Shown here: positions 16,686 through 25,266 of the stretch, piece after piece | How the letters are laid out: every line of letters starts with the position of its first letter | How positions within the stretch are numbered: the first letter of the stretch is position 1 | From: a virus | Taxonomy: Duplodnaviria; Caudoviricetes | Strand: one strand, 5' to 3' | IMG/VR virus record: IMGVR_UViG_3300017705_000783 | Location: 1 to 64,000 of that record | DNA length: 64,000 nucleotides | Made by a program: the position numbers and the translations under genes | Notes under the pieces: model-generated | Databases searched by the model: none | Told to the model about the DNA's origin: nothing | What the model saw: only the letters and a program-made list of their open reading frames with translations

Positions 16686-18591
16686 ATTCACCTCCTGCCA
16701 GAGAACAAGAATCACCTGATTGATTTACTTGTTCTCTGTCGTCCTCTTCTACCATATATTTAGCTATGTTTTCATCAGTTAGAGGAATAGAAACTAAAGG
16801 TTCTTCCCCATAACTCCCAGCTCTATAAACGGTTAATCCCTTAAGATATGGAGCATAATCCAAAGCAAAAGTTTTAACATCCTCAGTAGTAGCCGTATTA
16901 GGTAAATTAATAGTTTTACTTATACAACTGTCGATATACCGTTGTATAGTAGCCTGAACCTTGATATGGTCCTCGGGAGAAACGTCATAGGCTCCAACGA
17001 AATTAGTTAGATCTCGCTTCTCTCTGTAGTATTGGTTAAATAGGGGATCTACTACTAACTTATCTTTCCAAATATTATTATGTCTCCACCTCCTATGATA
17101 CATAGCAGAAAAAATGGGTTCAATTCCACTAGATACCCCCATAAGCATAGAAATTGTACCAGTAGGGGGAATCGTAAGTAGCACTGCGTTTCTAATTCCA
17201 TATCTCTTAATAAGCATTCTAATTCTAGCAGGAAGATTTCGTGAATACTCTTCAGATAAATACTTCTTGTACTCGAACTCTGGGAATGGGGCTTTATCTC
17301 GTGCTAGATATATGGATTGCTTGTATGCCTCGTCTCTGATTGTGGAGAAAAGCCTATCCAAGAACTCCAAGCATTTCTCACTCCCATACTTTATCCCAAG
17401 TTTAATTAAAAGATAATGAAGACCCATGACACCCAAGCCGACCCGTCTTGATCTGTGACCTACCAGCTTACAGTCCTCAGTGGGAAAAGTATTAATAGTT
17501 AAAACATTATCTAGAAATCTAACGCCCGTCCTAACAGATCTGGCGAGTCTTTTCCAGTCTACGCCCCCAATATCTTCGTCGTACATATTAGATAGATTAA
17601 TATTTCCTAAGCAACAATTCCCATACGAGGGGAGAGAAATCTCTCCGCAGGGATTAGTGGCATCTAGCGTTTCAAAATAAGATACATTGGTATACTTATT
17701 AGCGAGATCAATATTATAAACGCCAGGATCGCCAGATTCCACAGAGTTCTTCCAAATAAGATCCCAAAGTTCCGATGCTTTAATGTCATTCTGCCCAATA
17801 GCCTCAAACGTATCCCTCCAATCTACTTTGTAGAAGTTTTCGGCCCTATCGAGAGCATCATCTCGGTCTAACCCCGACACCTTAATTACTTCAGCCGCTC
17901 CTTCGTCTCCTTTTTCATGTCTAAGGATATCGTATGTGTGGTACTCTTTATTATTAAAAGAAAAGAACCAATCTTCATCTAACTCCACCGCCTCAAGAAA
18001 TCTATTGGTAATGGCTACAGAGATATTAAAATTATTTAACTCCCCTCTATCTAGCTTAACATGAAGAAATTCAATGAGGTCAGGGTGGGAAATATTTAGG
18101 ATGCCCATCAAGGCAGTGCGTCTGTTCTTACCCGCTCTAACATGCTCCCCAACCTCATTAATCATTTTGAGAACAGAGACAGCTCCTGGAGCTGAGTTTG
18201 CAACGCTCCCAATGTCATCTCCTCGTGGACGAATCTTAGAGACATTAAAACCAACGCCCCCGCCAGCACAAGAAATTTTATACATATCTTGTATTGTTTT
18301 ACCGATAGAATCAACTGAGTCCTCTGGAACTATGACGAAGCAGTTTAAAAGATTTTGTGATCCTTTATTTCTTCCAGAACCATAAATGATTCTACCGCCT
18401 GGAATTAAGTCCCCAGAGGAAATAGCTTCATAAAACTTCTTTTCTACCTTTTCCTTGTCTGCGTCTTTCTCTGCGCTTGCAATGGTACGAGCTATAATTT
18501 TGGCACGTTCTCCCCAGCTCTTCTCTCCTGGATATGCGTATCTCGTTTCAAATATTTCTTGACCTAGTTCACTGAGCTTTGCAATCGCCAT
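16678..18591 (-). CDS. nrdJ: Ribonucleotide reductase, class II (adenosylcobalamin-dependent)
   Basis: IPGGRI, LLNCFV, GGGVG, ATNPCGE, NCCLGNINL, RRVGLGVMGL, TIPPTGTIS, ISKTINLP, KGLTVYRAGS; no ATP cone and no adjacent nrdB. Confidence 0.85.
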   Translation of the reverse strand: MAIAKLSELGQEIFETRYAYPGEKSWGERAKIIARTIASAEKDADKEKVEKKFYEAISSGDLIPGGRIIYGSGRNKGSQNLLNCFVIVPEDSVDSIGKTIQDMYKISCAGGGVGFNVSKIRPRGDDIGSVANSAPGAVSVLKMINEVGEHVRAGKNRRTALMGILNISHPDLIEFLHVKLDRGELNNFNISVAITNRFLEAVELDEDWFFSFNNKEYHTYDILRHEKGDEGAAEVIKVSGLDRDDALDRAENFYKVDWRDTFEAIGQNDIKASELWDLIWKNSVESGDPGVYNIDLANKYTNVSYFETLDATNPCGEISLPSYGNCCLGNINLSNMYDEDIGGVDWKRLARSVRTGVRFLDNVLTINTFPTEDCKLVGHRSRRVGLGVMGLHYLLIKLGIKYGSEKCLEFLDRLFSTIRDEAYKQSIYLARDKAPFPEFEYKKYLSEEYSRNLPARIRMLIKRYGIRNAVLLTIPPTGTISMLMGVSSGIEPIFSAMYHRRWRHNNIWKDKLVVDPLFNQYYREKRDLTNFVGAYDVSPEDHIKVQATIQRYIDSCISKTINLPNTATTEDVKTFALDYAPYLKGLTVYRAGSYGEEPLVSIPLTDENIAKYMVEEDDREQVNQSGDSCSLAGGECG

Positions 18592-20161
18592 GTCGGACCT
18601 TTCTCATTATTTTAGATTCTCCTTGGTCCTTGATTATAGTGATCCTTGGGGACGAATCCAGTAAGGTTTTCAAATGTTTGTTATGGGTGATAACAAATAT
18701 ATTTTTAGTTTTCTTTATTTCCTTCAATAAGGCATAAAGACCATAAATACCCCCTTCGTCGAGATTTTCTGCTACCTCATCAAAGAAGATGATGTCTAAC
18801 TGATTTTTATCGGTAAAAGAAAGAAGATCTCTTAGGGCTAAAAGTACGCATAAATTAATCTTTCTTTTTTCACCACCAGACAAAGATATATAATGAACTT
18901 CTTCTTCTGAAACCATAATTTTTTCGGACAATTCTTCATTAAATTCTAAATAATATCCCTGATTAGTTAGAAACGATAGATAATAATTTATCTTATCATT
19001 AAAGAAGGACAATACGTTGCGTATTATGTACTTTATGATGCCTTGTTCAGAAAAAGCCTTCTCCCAAAAGCGCATAATCTCGTATTTTTTATTAGATTCA
19101 ATTTTCTTATTTTGTGCGTCTGCTATCTTCTCAGCTAAACTCTCTATTTGTGTTTCAAAAGAGCTTTTCTGGAGTACGAGTTCTTTCAATTCCAAAACAG
19201 AAGAGTAGTCCATAGACGTTATGGGGTAAGGCTCAGGAATTGAGACACTATCCCTTCTTTCCTTAAGAATCTTTATATTTTCTCTCTTATCTTCTATATT
19301 TTTCTTGTTCCTATCCCAATAGGTTTGGGGAAGTTTTTGTCCACATCCCTTACACTTGTTATTCTTTGCCTGAGCCAGCAGGTCATCCAAACTTCTAATT
19401 TCTCTATTAATATCAGAAAGTAAGGTTGCTTTTTTTCTGTTAGCATCAGATATAGCACGTTCGGTTCCTAAAATATCATCTAAAGATATATCCAAGTACT
19501 GTTCATACTCCGCTAAGTACTGATTATTCTCGCTATTAATTTTAGAAAGATCTCCCTCCAAAGAAGACTTAGATTTTTCAAACTCTTTAATTAGAGAGTC
19601 CTGTACCTTTAGATCTCCCCAATATACAGATTTATGATATTTTATCTTGTCCCTGAGACTAAAAATTTCTTCTAGATTAAGAAAATTTCTAAGTATGATC
19701 CTTTTATCATTGGAGTCTGCGTCCAGAAAATTAAGAGTGTTGGACTGTCCGAAGAACATGGAGGATAACAAGATCTTATAATTAATATTTAGAAGATCAT
19801 CAATGTAGGCTTGGGTCGAAGAAGCGTGATCTTTTGTACAGTTCTCTCCGTCTATAAATAATTCAAGTTTAGTTGGTTTTTTTGACCTTCGTATCATTAT
19901 CCCATTATCGAGAAAAATCTCAACCACACATCCCCGTTTGTTTTTATTATTTACAATGGCAACTTCAGTGCTTTTCCTAACCGTCTTCCCCGTTAATCCA
20001 AAGAAAACCGCCTCCAAAAGGGCAGACTTCCCAGACCCATTAGACCCAGAACTATCTTTATTAACACCTTTTATCAATGTTAACCCACTGTAATCCTTAA
20101 AATTTAACTCGGTATCAACAAACGAGTAAAAATTCTTTATAGATATCTTTTCAATCCTCAC
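18569..20161 (-). CDS. gp46: Recombination endonuclease ATPase subunit (gp46/SbcC-like)
   Basis: GSNGSGKS Walker A, CKGC zinc hook, LSGGEKRK signature, FFDEVAENLD Walker B. Confidence 0.92.
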   Translation of the reverse strand: MRIEKISIKNFYSFVDTELNFKDYSGLTLIKGVNKDSSGSNGSGKSALLEAVFFGLTGKTVRKSTEVAIVNNKNKRGCVVEIFLDNGIMIRRSKKPTKLELFIDGENCTKDHASSTQAYIDDLLNINYKILLSSMFFGQSNTLNFLDADSNDKRIILRNFLNLEEIFSLRDKIKYHKSVYWGDLKVQDSLIKEFEKSKSSLEGDLSKINSENNQYLAEYEQYLDISLDDILGTERAISDANRKKATLLSDINREIRSLDDLLAQAKNNKCKGCGQKLPQTYWDRNKKNIEDKRENIKILKERRDSVSIPEPYPITSMDYSSVLELKELVLQKSSFETQIESLAEKIADAQNKKIESNKKYEIMRFWEKAFSEQGIIKYIIRNVLSFFNDKINYYLSFLTNQGYYLEFNEELSEKIMVSEEEVHYISLSGGEKRKINLCVLLALRDLLSFTDKNQLDIIFFDEVAENLDEGGIYGLYALLKEIKKTKNIFVITHNKHLKTLLDSSPRITIIKDQGESKIMRKVRHGDCKAQ

Positions 20162-21182
20162 TTTTCAAAACCCCCAAACCCCACATAATATCCTCTTTAT
20201 CGAGGGATGAATTATGCTTATCCACGTAATTTTCGATTATTTTATCATTTATGGAAAAAAGCTCTTTTGTTGGCTCATATTCACTCTGGGACTTGGTGTC
20301 ATGCTCCTCCATAGGAACGAATTTAAAATCCGTATAAAAGGTTTGGAGCTGTTCCACAAGGTTACTGTCTATCAGGTCATCCTTACCCAAAGAAACCCTC
20401 AGAAGCGTTGAAAAGTTTTTATCGTTTATTAAATCCTTATAGATTTCAAAGCTTTCTTCCAGTTCTTTATATTTTACTACAAGGTGTCTAGGGCCAGAAC
20501 GAACTTCCTTAAAAACAAAGATGTCTTCATCCTCATTCTTAATCCCATAAAAACAGATTCTTCCCTCCTCCCCAAAATTGGTAGAATAAGGGGTTCCTAC
20601 AACAGTTATCTCATTGTCTCCATTCCAATTGCTGTAGTGCTTGTGGATATGACCCAAGTACGTCCTATTATTAAACTTATTTAAACCGATACTAAAATCC
20701 TTATCCCCCTGAGAGTTCAAACAGCCAGCAAACCCAAAATGACCAAATATGGAATACCCCTTAGGGGCAGACTCTAAAGCCTCAACAATCTTATCTTGGT
20801 TTTCGTAGTGGGGAATATAAAGTCTCTTGCTCTTATGGCATATATGGGTGTGCTTTATTATCTTGCAATAAGGTCCATCAAATACAGACAGGATTGTGGA
20901 ACCATTGTCTGATTTGTTGCTGGCGCAGTGGTTGCCTCTAACTATCACTACTTCTATCTTCTTCTTAGTTGTATAATCTAAAAGCTCCTTGAGCTTAAGC
21001 ACGGGATCTGGGGCTGGTTTTCTCCGATCCAATACATCTCCAAGAAAAATTATCTCATTAGGGCATTCTTTATTAATTATTTTTAAGATAGAAGCAATTT
21101 GGATATCCATAAGATCTGTTTTCTTATCATGTATATGGAGATCCCCAATTAACAAAGTTCTTCTACTCATAAGGTACCCCAT
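20151..21182 (-). CDS. gp47: Recombination endonuclease nuclease subunit (gp47/SbcD-like)
   Basis: Metallophosphoesterase motifs GDLH, GDVLD, GNH, GHF, GHIH. Confidence 0.9.
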   Translation of the reverse strand: MGYLMSRRTLLIGDLHIHDKKTDLMDIQIASILKIINKECPNEIIFLGDVLDRRKPAPDPVLKLKELLDYTTKKKIEVVIVRGNHCASNKSDNGSTILSVFDGPYCKIIKHTHICHKSKRLYIPHYENQDKIVEALESAPKGYSIFGHFGFAGCLNSQGDKDFSIGLNKFNNRTYLGHIHKHYSNWNGDNEITVVGTPYSTNFGEEGRICFYGIKNEDEDIFVFKEVRSGPRHLVVKYKELEESFEIYKDLINDKNFSTLLRVSLGKDDLIDSNLVEQLQTFYTDFKFVPMEEHDTKSQSEYEPTKELFSINDKIIENYVDKHNSSLDKEDIMWGLGVLKSED

Positions 21183-22239
21183 TTCCGAAGGAAGAACCTA
21201 CCTCTATGTCCACGGTTAGTGGAACATCCAAATTAATGCCTAAGGATGCTTTCATATAGTTACAATTAACCATTTCATCTTCTATTATAGAACACACCTC
21301 AGGGGTCTCCGCTTTTGGACAAATGAACTCCAAGCTATCGTGAACAGTTGCTTGGAAAATAGCCTTAAGACCTCTATTTTTTATAGTGTCAACTATGCCC
21401 AAAACGGCGCACACCAAAACATCAGAGGCTGCGCTCTGTACGGTAAAATTTAAGCCCTGTCTATTAGCCCTGTTTCTTATCTTAGGAACGCTGCTCTGTG
21501 TGTCGGGGAGATTTCTTCTTCTTCCAAAAATAGTAGTTATATAACCGTCTTCTTCTATGGCTGCGGTTGTCTGTCTCATGTACTTAAATACGCCAGGAAA
21601 TACAGTAGCATATTGAGAAATTATATCCTCCGATTTCTTAAGGGGGATATTCATCGTCTCAGATAAATTAAAGGCTCCTCCACCGTACACAATGAGGAAA
21701 GAAACGGTCTTAGCTATCTGTCTTTCTTCTGTGGTGATCTTTTCCTCTGGTTTTCCGAACACGAGACTGGCCGTATGAGTATGGAGATCCTTCCCCTCTA
21801 TAAAAGCACTCTTCATACCTTGCTCGTTAGCTATGTGTGCCAGTATCCTAAGTTCCATAGCGTTATAATCAGAGGTAATAAAGTCCCAGCCAGCGGGAGC
21901 TACAAATATGTCCCTTATATTATGCTCTTTGTCTCGGGGAAGAGTGTGAAAGGAAATCCCCATACTATTTCCCTTATTCCCAGAATACCCAGTACAGGAG
22001 AGCCTCCCTGTTGCTGTTCCATCCAAATTAAAGGACACATAGACTTTATTCTGATCATTATAAGTGATAGCCTTAGTGGTACCCATAATGTAAGTCTTAT
22101 AAAGCTTTTCTAACTTCCTAAGCTTAAGTAAAGTCTCTATGAAGTCTCGGGCTTGAATAAGTTCCTCAGTTGTTTTACTTTTAACAACAGAGTCGCTTAT
22201 TTTTTTACTCTCGTCCCTATGTTTCCATTTACTTCCCAC
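21163..22239 (-). CDS. polA: DNA polymerase family A, palm/fingers fragment (part 3 of a split polymerase)
   Basis: GTATGRLS, motif A DYNAMELR, motif B RQIAKTVSFLIVYG, GRRR, NFTVQSAASD, motif C TVHDS; GTG start with AGGAG SD. Confidence 0.92.
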   Translation of the reverse strand: MGSKWKHRDESKKISDSVVKSKTTEELIQARDFIETLLKLRKLEKLYKTYIMGTTKAITYNDQNKVYVSFNLDGTATGRLSCTGYSGNKGNSMGISFHTLPRDKEHNIRDIFVAPAGWDFITSDYNAMELRILAHIANEQGMKSAFIEGKDLHTHTASLVFGKPEEKITTEERQIAKTVSFLIVYGGGAFNLSETMNIPLKKSEDIISQYATVFPGVFKYMRQTTAAIEEDGYITTIFGRRRNLPDTQSSVPKIRNRANRQGLNFTVQSAASDVLVCAVLGIVDTIKNRGLKAIFQATVHDSLEFICPKAETPEVCSIIEDEMVNCNYMKASLGINLDVPLTVDIEVGSSFGNGVPYE

Positions 22240-22708
22240 GAGAGCTAATCTCCTTTTTGATCTGATTCAGCAGGATGTCTAAAGTGGGTTTGCTGACGGA
22301 GGGTAAGCCCTTGTCTGTTTTGTCAGGAGGATATAAAGCAAAGCCCTCTTCCTTGGTATAAAAAACTTCTCTTAGGTCCTTGGTGCTAGAGAGATTCTCC
22401 TTCACGTTAAGTTGAGGAAAATCATACATGCTGTCGTGTATGTCAATGACAGAATTATTTAAACTTCTAGCTACTTCTTTAAGCCTCTCTCTTGAAACTA
22501 TTAAACCCTCGTACTCTGGCTCCATGAAGACCGTATTGGCAGGAGCTAGTACGTTCTCATAAAAGGGAAGGACTCCCATATCGTCTAACATAGTATAAAG
22601 TACGAAGAACACTTTAAGAGTGTAATGAGAATCCATTGCATTCCCACGCAAGCAATCAGGGAGAGGTATATTTTCCCAATCAAAGTTTTTATTTTTTACA
22701 GTTAGGAT
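22229..22708 (-). CDS. polA: DNA polymerase family A, ExoIII plus thumb fragment (part 2 of a split polymerase)
   Basis: The frame is open upstream of the track's TTG (22651) through ILTVKNKNFDWENIPLPDCLRGNAMD (ExoIII region). It continues with MEPEYEGLIVS, NLSSTKDLREVFY and thumb GLPSVSKPTL. The only start candidate behind the GGAGG is ATC at 22708. Confidence 0.75.
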   Translation of the reverse strand: MLTVKNKNFDWENIPLPDCLRGNAMDSHYTLKVFFVLYTMLDDMGVLPFYENVLAPANTVFMEPEYEGLIVSRERLKEVARSLNNSVIDIHDSMYDFPQLNVKENLSSTKDLREVFYTKEEGFALYPPDKTDKGLPSVSKPTLDILLNQIKKEISSRGK

Positions 22709-23706
22709 ACTACATCCTCCTCAAGTTCCTCTGGGAAGTACATGTTCACCAAGTCGGACAAAGATTTCGGAGCATTCTCATTTATGAGATGTTGCATTAC
22801 TTTAGTATCCCACACATTAACAGCACTTACTCCGTATCGCCACAAAAACTTCAAATCAAACTTAGCATTTTGAAATACTTTCATGTTATTTTTATTAGAA
22901 AGGATCCTTTCTATGGCATCCCACGGAGATAGCTCGGGAGAATTTTTATGATCTATGGGTATAGCATAGGTCCCAGACTCATGAGAAAATGCGATGGTCT
23001 GGATCTTGTCTCTTTTAAAATCTAAACCCGTTGTTTCTATATCACATGACACGGGGGTATCAGTGGTGAACAATGGTTTTAGAAGATCAAGCTTAGTGTC
23101 TGAGTCTATTATCTCATAACTAAAATCACTTTTAGCTTTCTTTTCTATAACTCTAGATATGGAGTTTCTTATATCCAGTTCAAATAGGTATCTGTGGCGA
23201 GGTTCTATGATTACCGAATAGGGGTGGAACAGGGGAACCACAGTACACTCAAAATCATCATGAACAAAAGGAAATAGGGTTCCTCTCTTTGAGGCAATAC
23301 CACTTTTCTTTATAAGCATCTTCATAGCAAGGTTGCCGCAAACAAAGACCAACTTCGGTCGTAACTTTACCACTGTCTTATACAGATGCTCCCTACATAA
23401 ATTCATATTGGCGGGAGGCATGTCTGCCTCTTTCACCTTGGGACACTTGACAGATGCAGAAAAGGAAGTAACTTTTTTGTACTCTGCGGGTAGAATTTCA
23501 TGTATTAGCTTATACTCTTTGTGATTGAAAGGGTAGGGTTCTCCATACATGTAAGTAAAGGAATCGGCAAGGAATAAAATATCATATTCCCTTCCCACCT
23601 TTTCATGATCTAAATTACAGTGGAAGGGTTTTGATTGTTTAAGAATAGAACATCCGTCACAACCCTCAGGGGCTTCTTCATCAAATAAATTTTGTAATTC
23701 AATCAT
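22702..23706 (-). CDS. Family-4 UDG-like domain fused to the N-terminal part of the 3'-5' exonuclease (part 1 of a split polymerase)
   Basis: CDGC...VKCP...NLC (Fe-S Cys), VVPLFHPYS; then ExoI SCDIETTG, ExoII FQNAKFD and WDTKVM..LINE; ends before ExoIII. Confidence 0.88.
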   Translation of the reverse strand: MIELQNLFDEEAPEGCDGCSILKQSKPFHCNLDHEKVGREYDILFLADSFTYMYGEPYPFNHKEYKLIHEILPAEYKKVTSFSASVKCPKVKEADMPPANMNLCREHLYKTVVKLRPKLVFVCGNLAMKMLIKKSGIASKRGTLFPFVHDDFECTVVPLFHPYSVIIEPRHRYLFELDIRNSISRVIEKKAKSDFSYEIIDSDTKLDLLKPLFTTDTPVSCDIETTGLDFKRDKIQTIAFSHESGTYAIPIDHKNSPELSPWDAIERILSNKNNMKVFQNAKFDLKFLWRYGVSAVNVWDTKVMQHLINENAPKSLSDLVNMYFPEELEEDVVS

Positions 23707-23721
23707 GATCTATAATATATT

Positions 23722-24084
23722 ATGAAAAAAAAGAATTATATAGATAATAAGAGATTTGAGGCTCTCATCTTATTATACTTGGATGACCCTAAAAATCACG
23801 AAGAGGAATTAATAAAATTATTCGATGTTCTCATATCAAATATAATTGAAGGTTTTAACTTCTGCGTGGATAGGGAAGACGCAAAACAAGAGTGCTTCTT
23901 TTTGATACTAAAGACACTGAAAAATTTTAAGAGCGGAAAGGGGACTGCTTTCAATTACTTTACTACTGTTGTGGTGAACAACTTAAAACTAATCTACACT
24001 AAAAATAAAAAATACAAGGAAAAAATAGAAAACTTTACAAGAGATATCATGGGACCGAAACCCCCAACTTTTTATAAATCATAG
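23722..24084 (+). CDS. gp55: Minimal late-transcription sigma factor, T4 gp55-like
   Basis: NYIDNKRF (cf. HYVNN), REDAKQECF..ILK.LKNF and AFNYFTTVV (cf. PFAYFTQ); only 120 aa. Confidence 0.65.
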   Translation: MKKKNYIDNKRFEALILLYLDDPKNHEEELIKLFDVLISNIIEGFNFCVDREDAKQECFFLILKTLKNFKSGKGTAFNYFTTVVVNNLKLIYTKNKKYKEKIENFTRDIMGPKPPTFYKS

Positions 24085-24361
24085 GAAGATAATAATCTAT
24101 CTCCTTCTTCCTTCTCCGAACACTCACCAAACAAGGCACCTGAGTTGTATGACAAGCAACAAAAGCATGAGGTGTTTCAAAGCTATCAACAACATTTAAT
24201 TTCTGGTGGAGCTTGTGATTCCCGTTCTCTATCTCATTTATAATATCCATGCATACTTTGTCGTGGGATGAGATAAAAAGGAAGGTGGCATCATCAGCAT
24301 TCTTCATGCTTTTTCTCAACAACTTATTAAAGTTGTTTTCGGTTTTTATAAAGTTTATCAT
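24047..24361 (-). CDS. Hypothetical protein, possible thioredoxin-like fold without CxxC
   Basis: FLFIS...TTQVPCLV resembles the cis-Pro loop; weak similarity only. Confidence 0.35.
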   Translation of the reverse strand: MINFIKTENNFNKLLRKSMKNADDATFLFISSHDKVCMDIINEIENGNHKLHQKLNVVDSFETPHAFVACHTTQVPCLVSVRRRKKEIDYYLPMIYKKLGVSVP

Positions 24362-24723
24362 TCTTCAACTACTTCAACACCGCCTTCACCCTCTACCTCT
24401 TCATTTCCGCTAAAGCCAGTGAGCTTTCCATCCTTATCGAATTCAAAACCCTGCTCTTCGTACTCTTCTCTATTAGCTTCCATATGCTCAACATATTTTG
24501 CCTCGATCTCCTTATGGTAGGCTTCCCAACCTTTCATAAATAGTCCCTTAAAGAATGTATCGTTAGAAACATCTTTAGGTTTGGCTGAACCTAAGAAATT
24601 TCTTAGGGCTTCTGCTTCTTCGGTGGACAGTTTAACTTGTATCTTCATTCTATTTCTACTCCGTTCTTTTAAAGAGGTCTTCCAATTTTTCATATTGGGG
24701 GTATATTGTACTTTACTGTTCAT
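24358..24723 (-). CDS. Hypothetical protein
   Basis: 121-aa ORF coupled to the downstream gene by an ATGA overlap; acidic tail. Confidence 0.55.
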   Translation of the reverse strand: MNSKVQYTPNMKNWKTSLKERSRNRMKIQVKLSTEEAEALRNFLGSAKPKDVSNDTFFKGLFMKGWEAYHKEIEAKYVEHMEANREEYEEQGFEFDKDGKLTGFSGNEEVEGEGGVEVVEE

Positions 24724-24733
24724 ATACTATAAT
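24706..24733 (+). promoter_or_regulatory. Putative sigma70-type promoter for the resolvase gene
   Basis: TTGTAC-N16-TATAAT, followed by GGAGG SD and ATG 24751. Confidence 0.4.
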
Positions 24734-24750
24734 AGTCTGGAGGACTTAAA

Positions 24751-25266
24751 ATGTTTGACGATTATGACCTGAAAAATCTACAAAAAGAAAAAAAGAAGAA
24801 AACTAATAGTAAGGCTAAAGGACACAGGTTTGAGAGGAAAATAGCCTGTATGTTGAATGATAAGTTTGAAACCAAGGAATTCTCTAGAACCCCTGGCTCT
24901 GGGGCATTTGCAACCACACATTCGTTGCCTGAGTACCTTAAAATTTATGGGGATTTAATAGCACCTAAATCCTTTAAATATTGTATCGAATGTAAAAAAG
25001 GATATAAAGGAATAAAGATAAATCATATATTTGATTATAGAAGCCTACTCTGGAAATTTATAGAACAATGTGAAAATGATTCAAAAAAGTGCGATAAAAG
25101 TCCTATGTTGATCATACAGCAGGATAGACAGCCTATTCTAGCCCTAGTAAAGGATGAATTGCCTAAAGAAGAAGCAATAGATCATATTAAATTTAATGAA
25201 TATAGAATTGTACTATTTAGTGAGATACTAGAAAAATGGGACAAAGGCCATTGGTTTAATGAGTAG
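24751..25266 (+). CDS. Holliday junction resolvase (Hjc-like PD-(D/E)xK)
   Basis: NSKAKGHRFERKIA, RTPGSGA, GDLI, IECKKG. Confidence 0.82.
   Translation: MFDDYDLKNLQKEKKKKTNSKAKGHRFERKIACMLNDKFETKEFSRTPGSGAFATTHSLPEYLKIYGDLIAPKSFKYCIECKKGYKGIKINHIFDYRSLLWKFIEQCENDSKKCDKSPMLIIQQDRQPILALVKDELPKEEAIDHIKFNEYRIVLFSEILEKWDKGHWFNE

Noticed and set aside
17780-17960. About 50-aa insertion in the class II RNR (KEYHTYDILRHEKG...AIGQND) as a possible mini-intein
   Set aside because: No N-terminal Cys/Ser, no terminal His-Asn and no +1 nucleophile; it falls in a region that is variable among class II RNRs.
22200-22720. Group I intron or split intein as the cause of the polymerase split
   Set aside because: The ORFs overlap with no spacer DNA, there is no homing endonuclease, and the fragment termini lack intein blocks.
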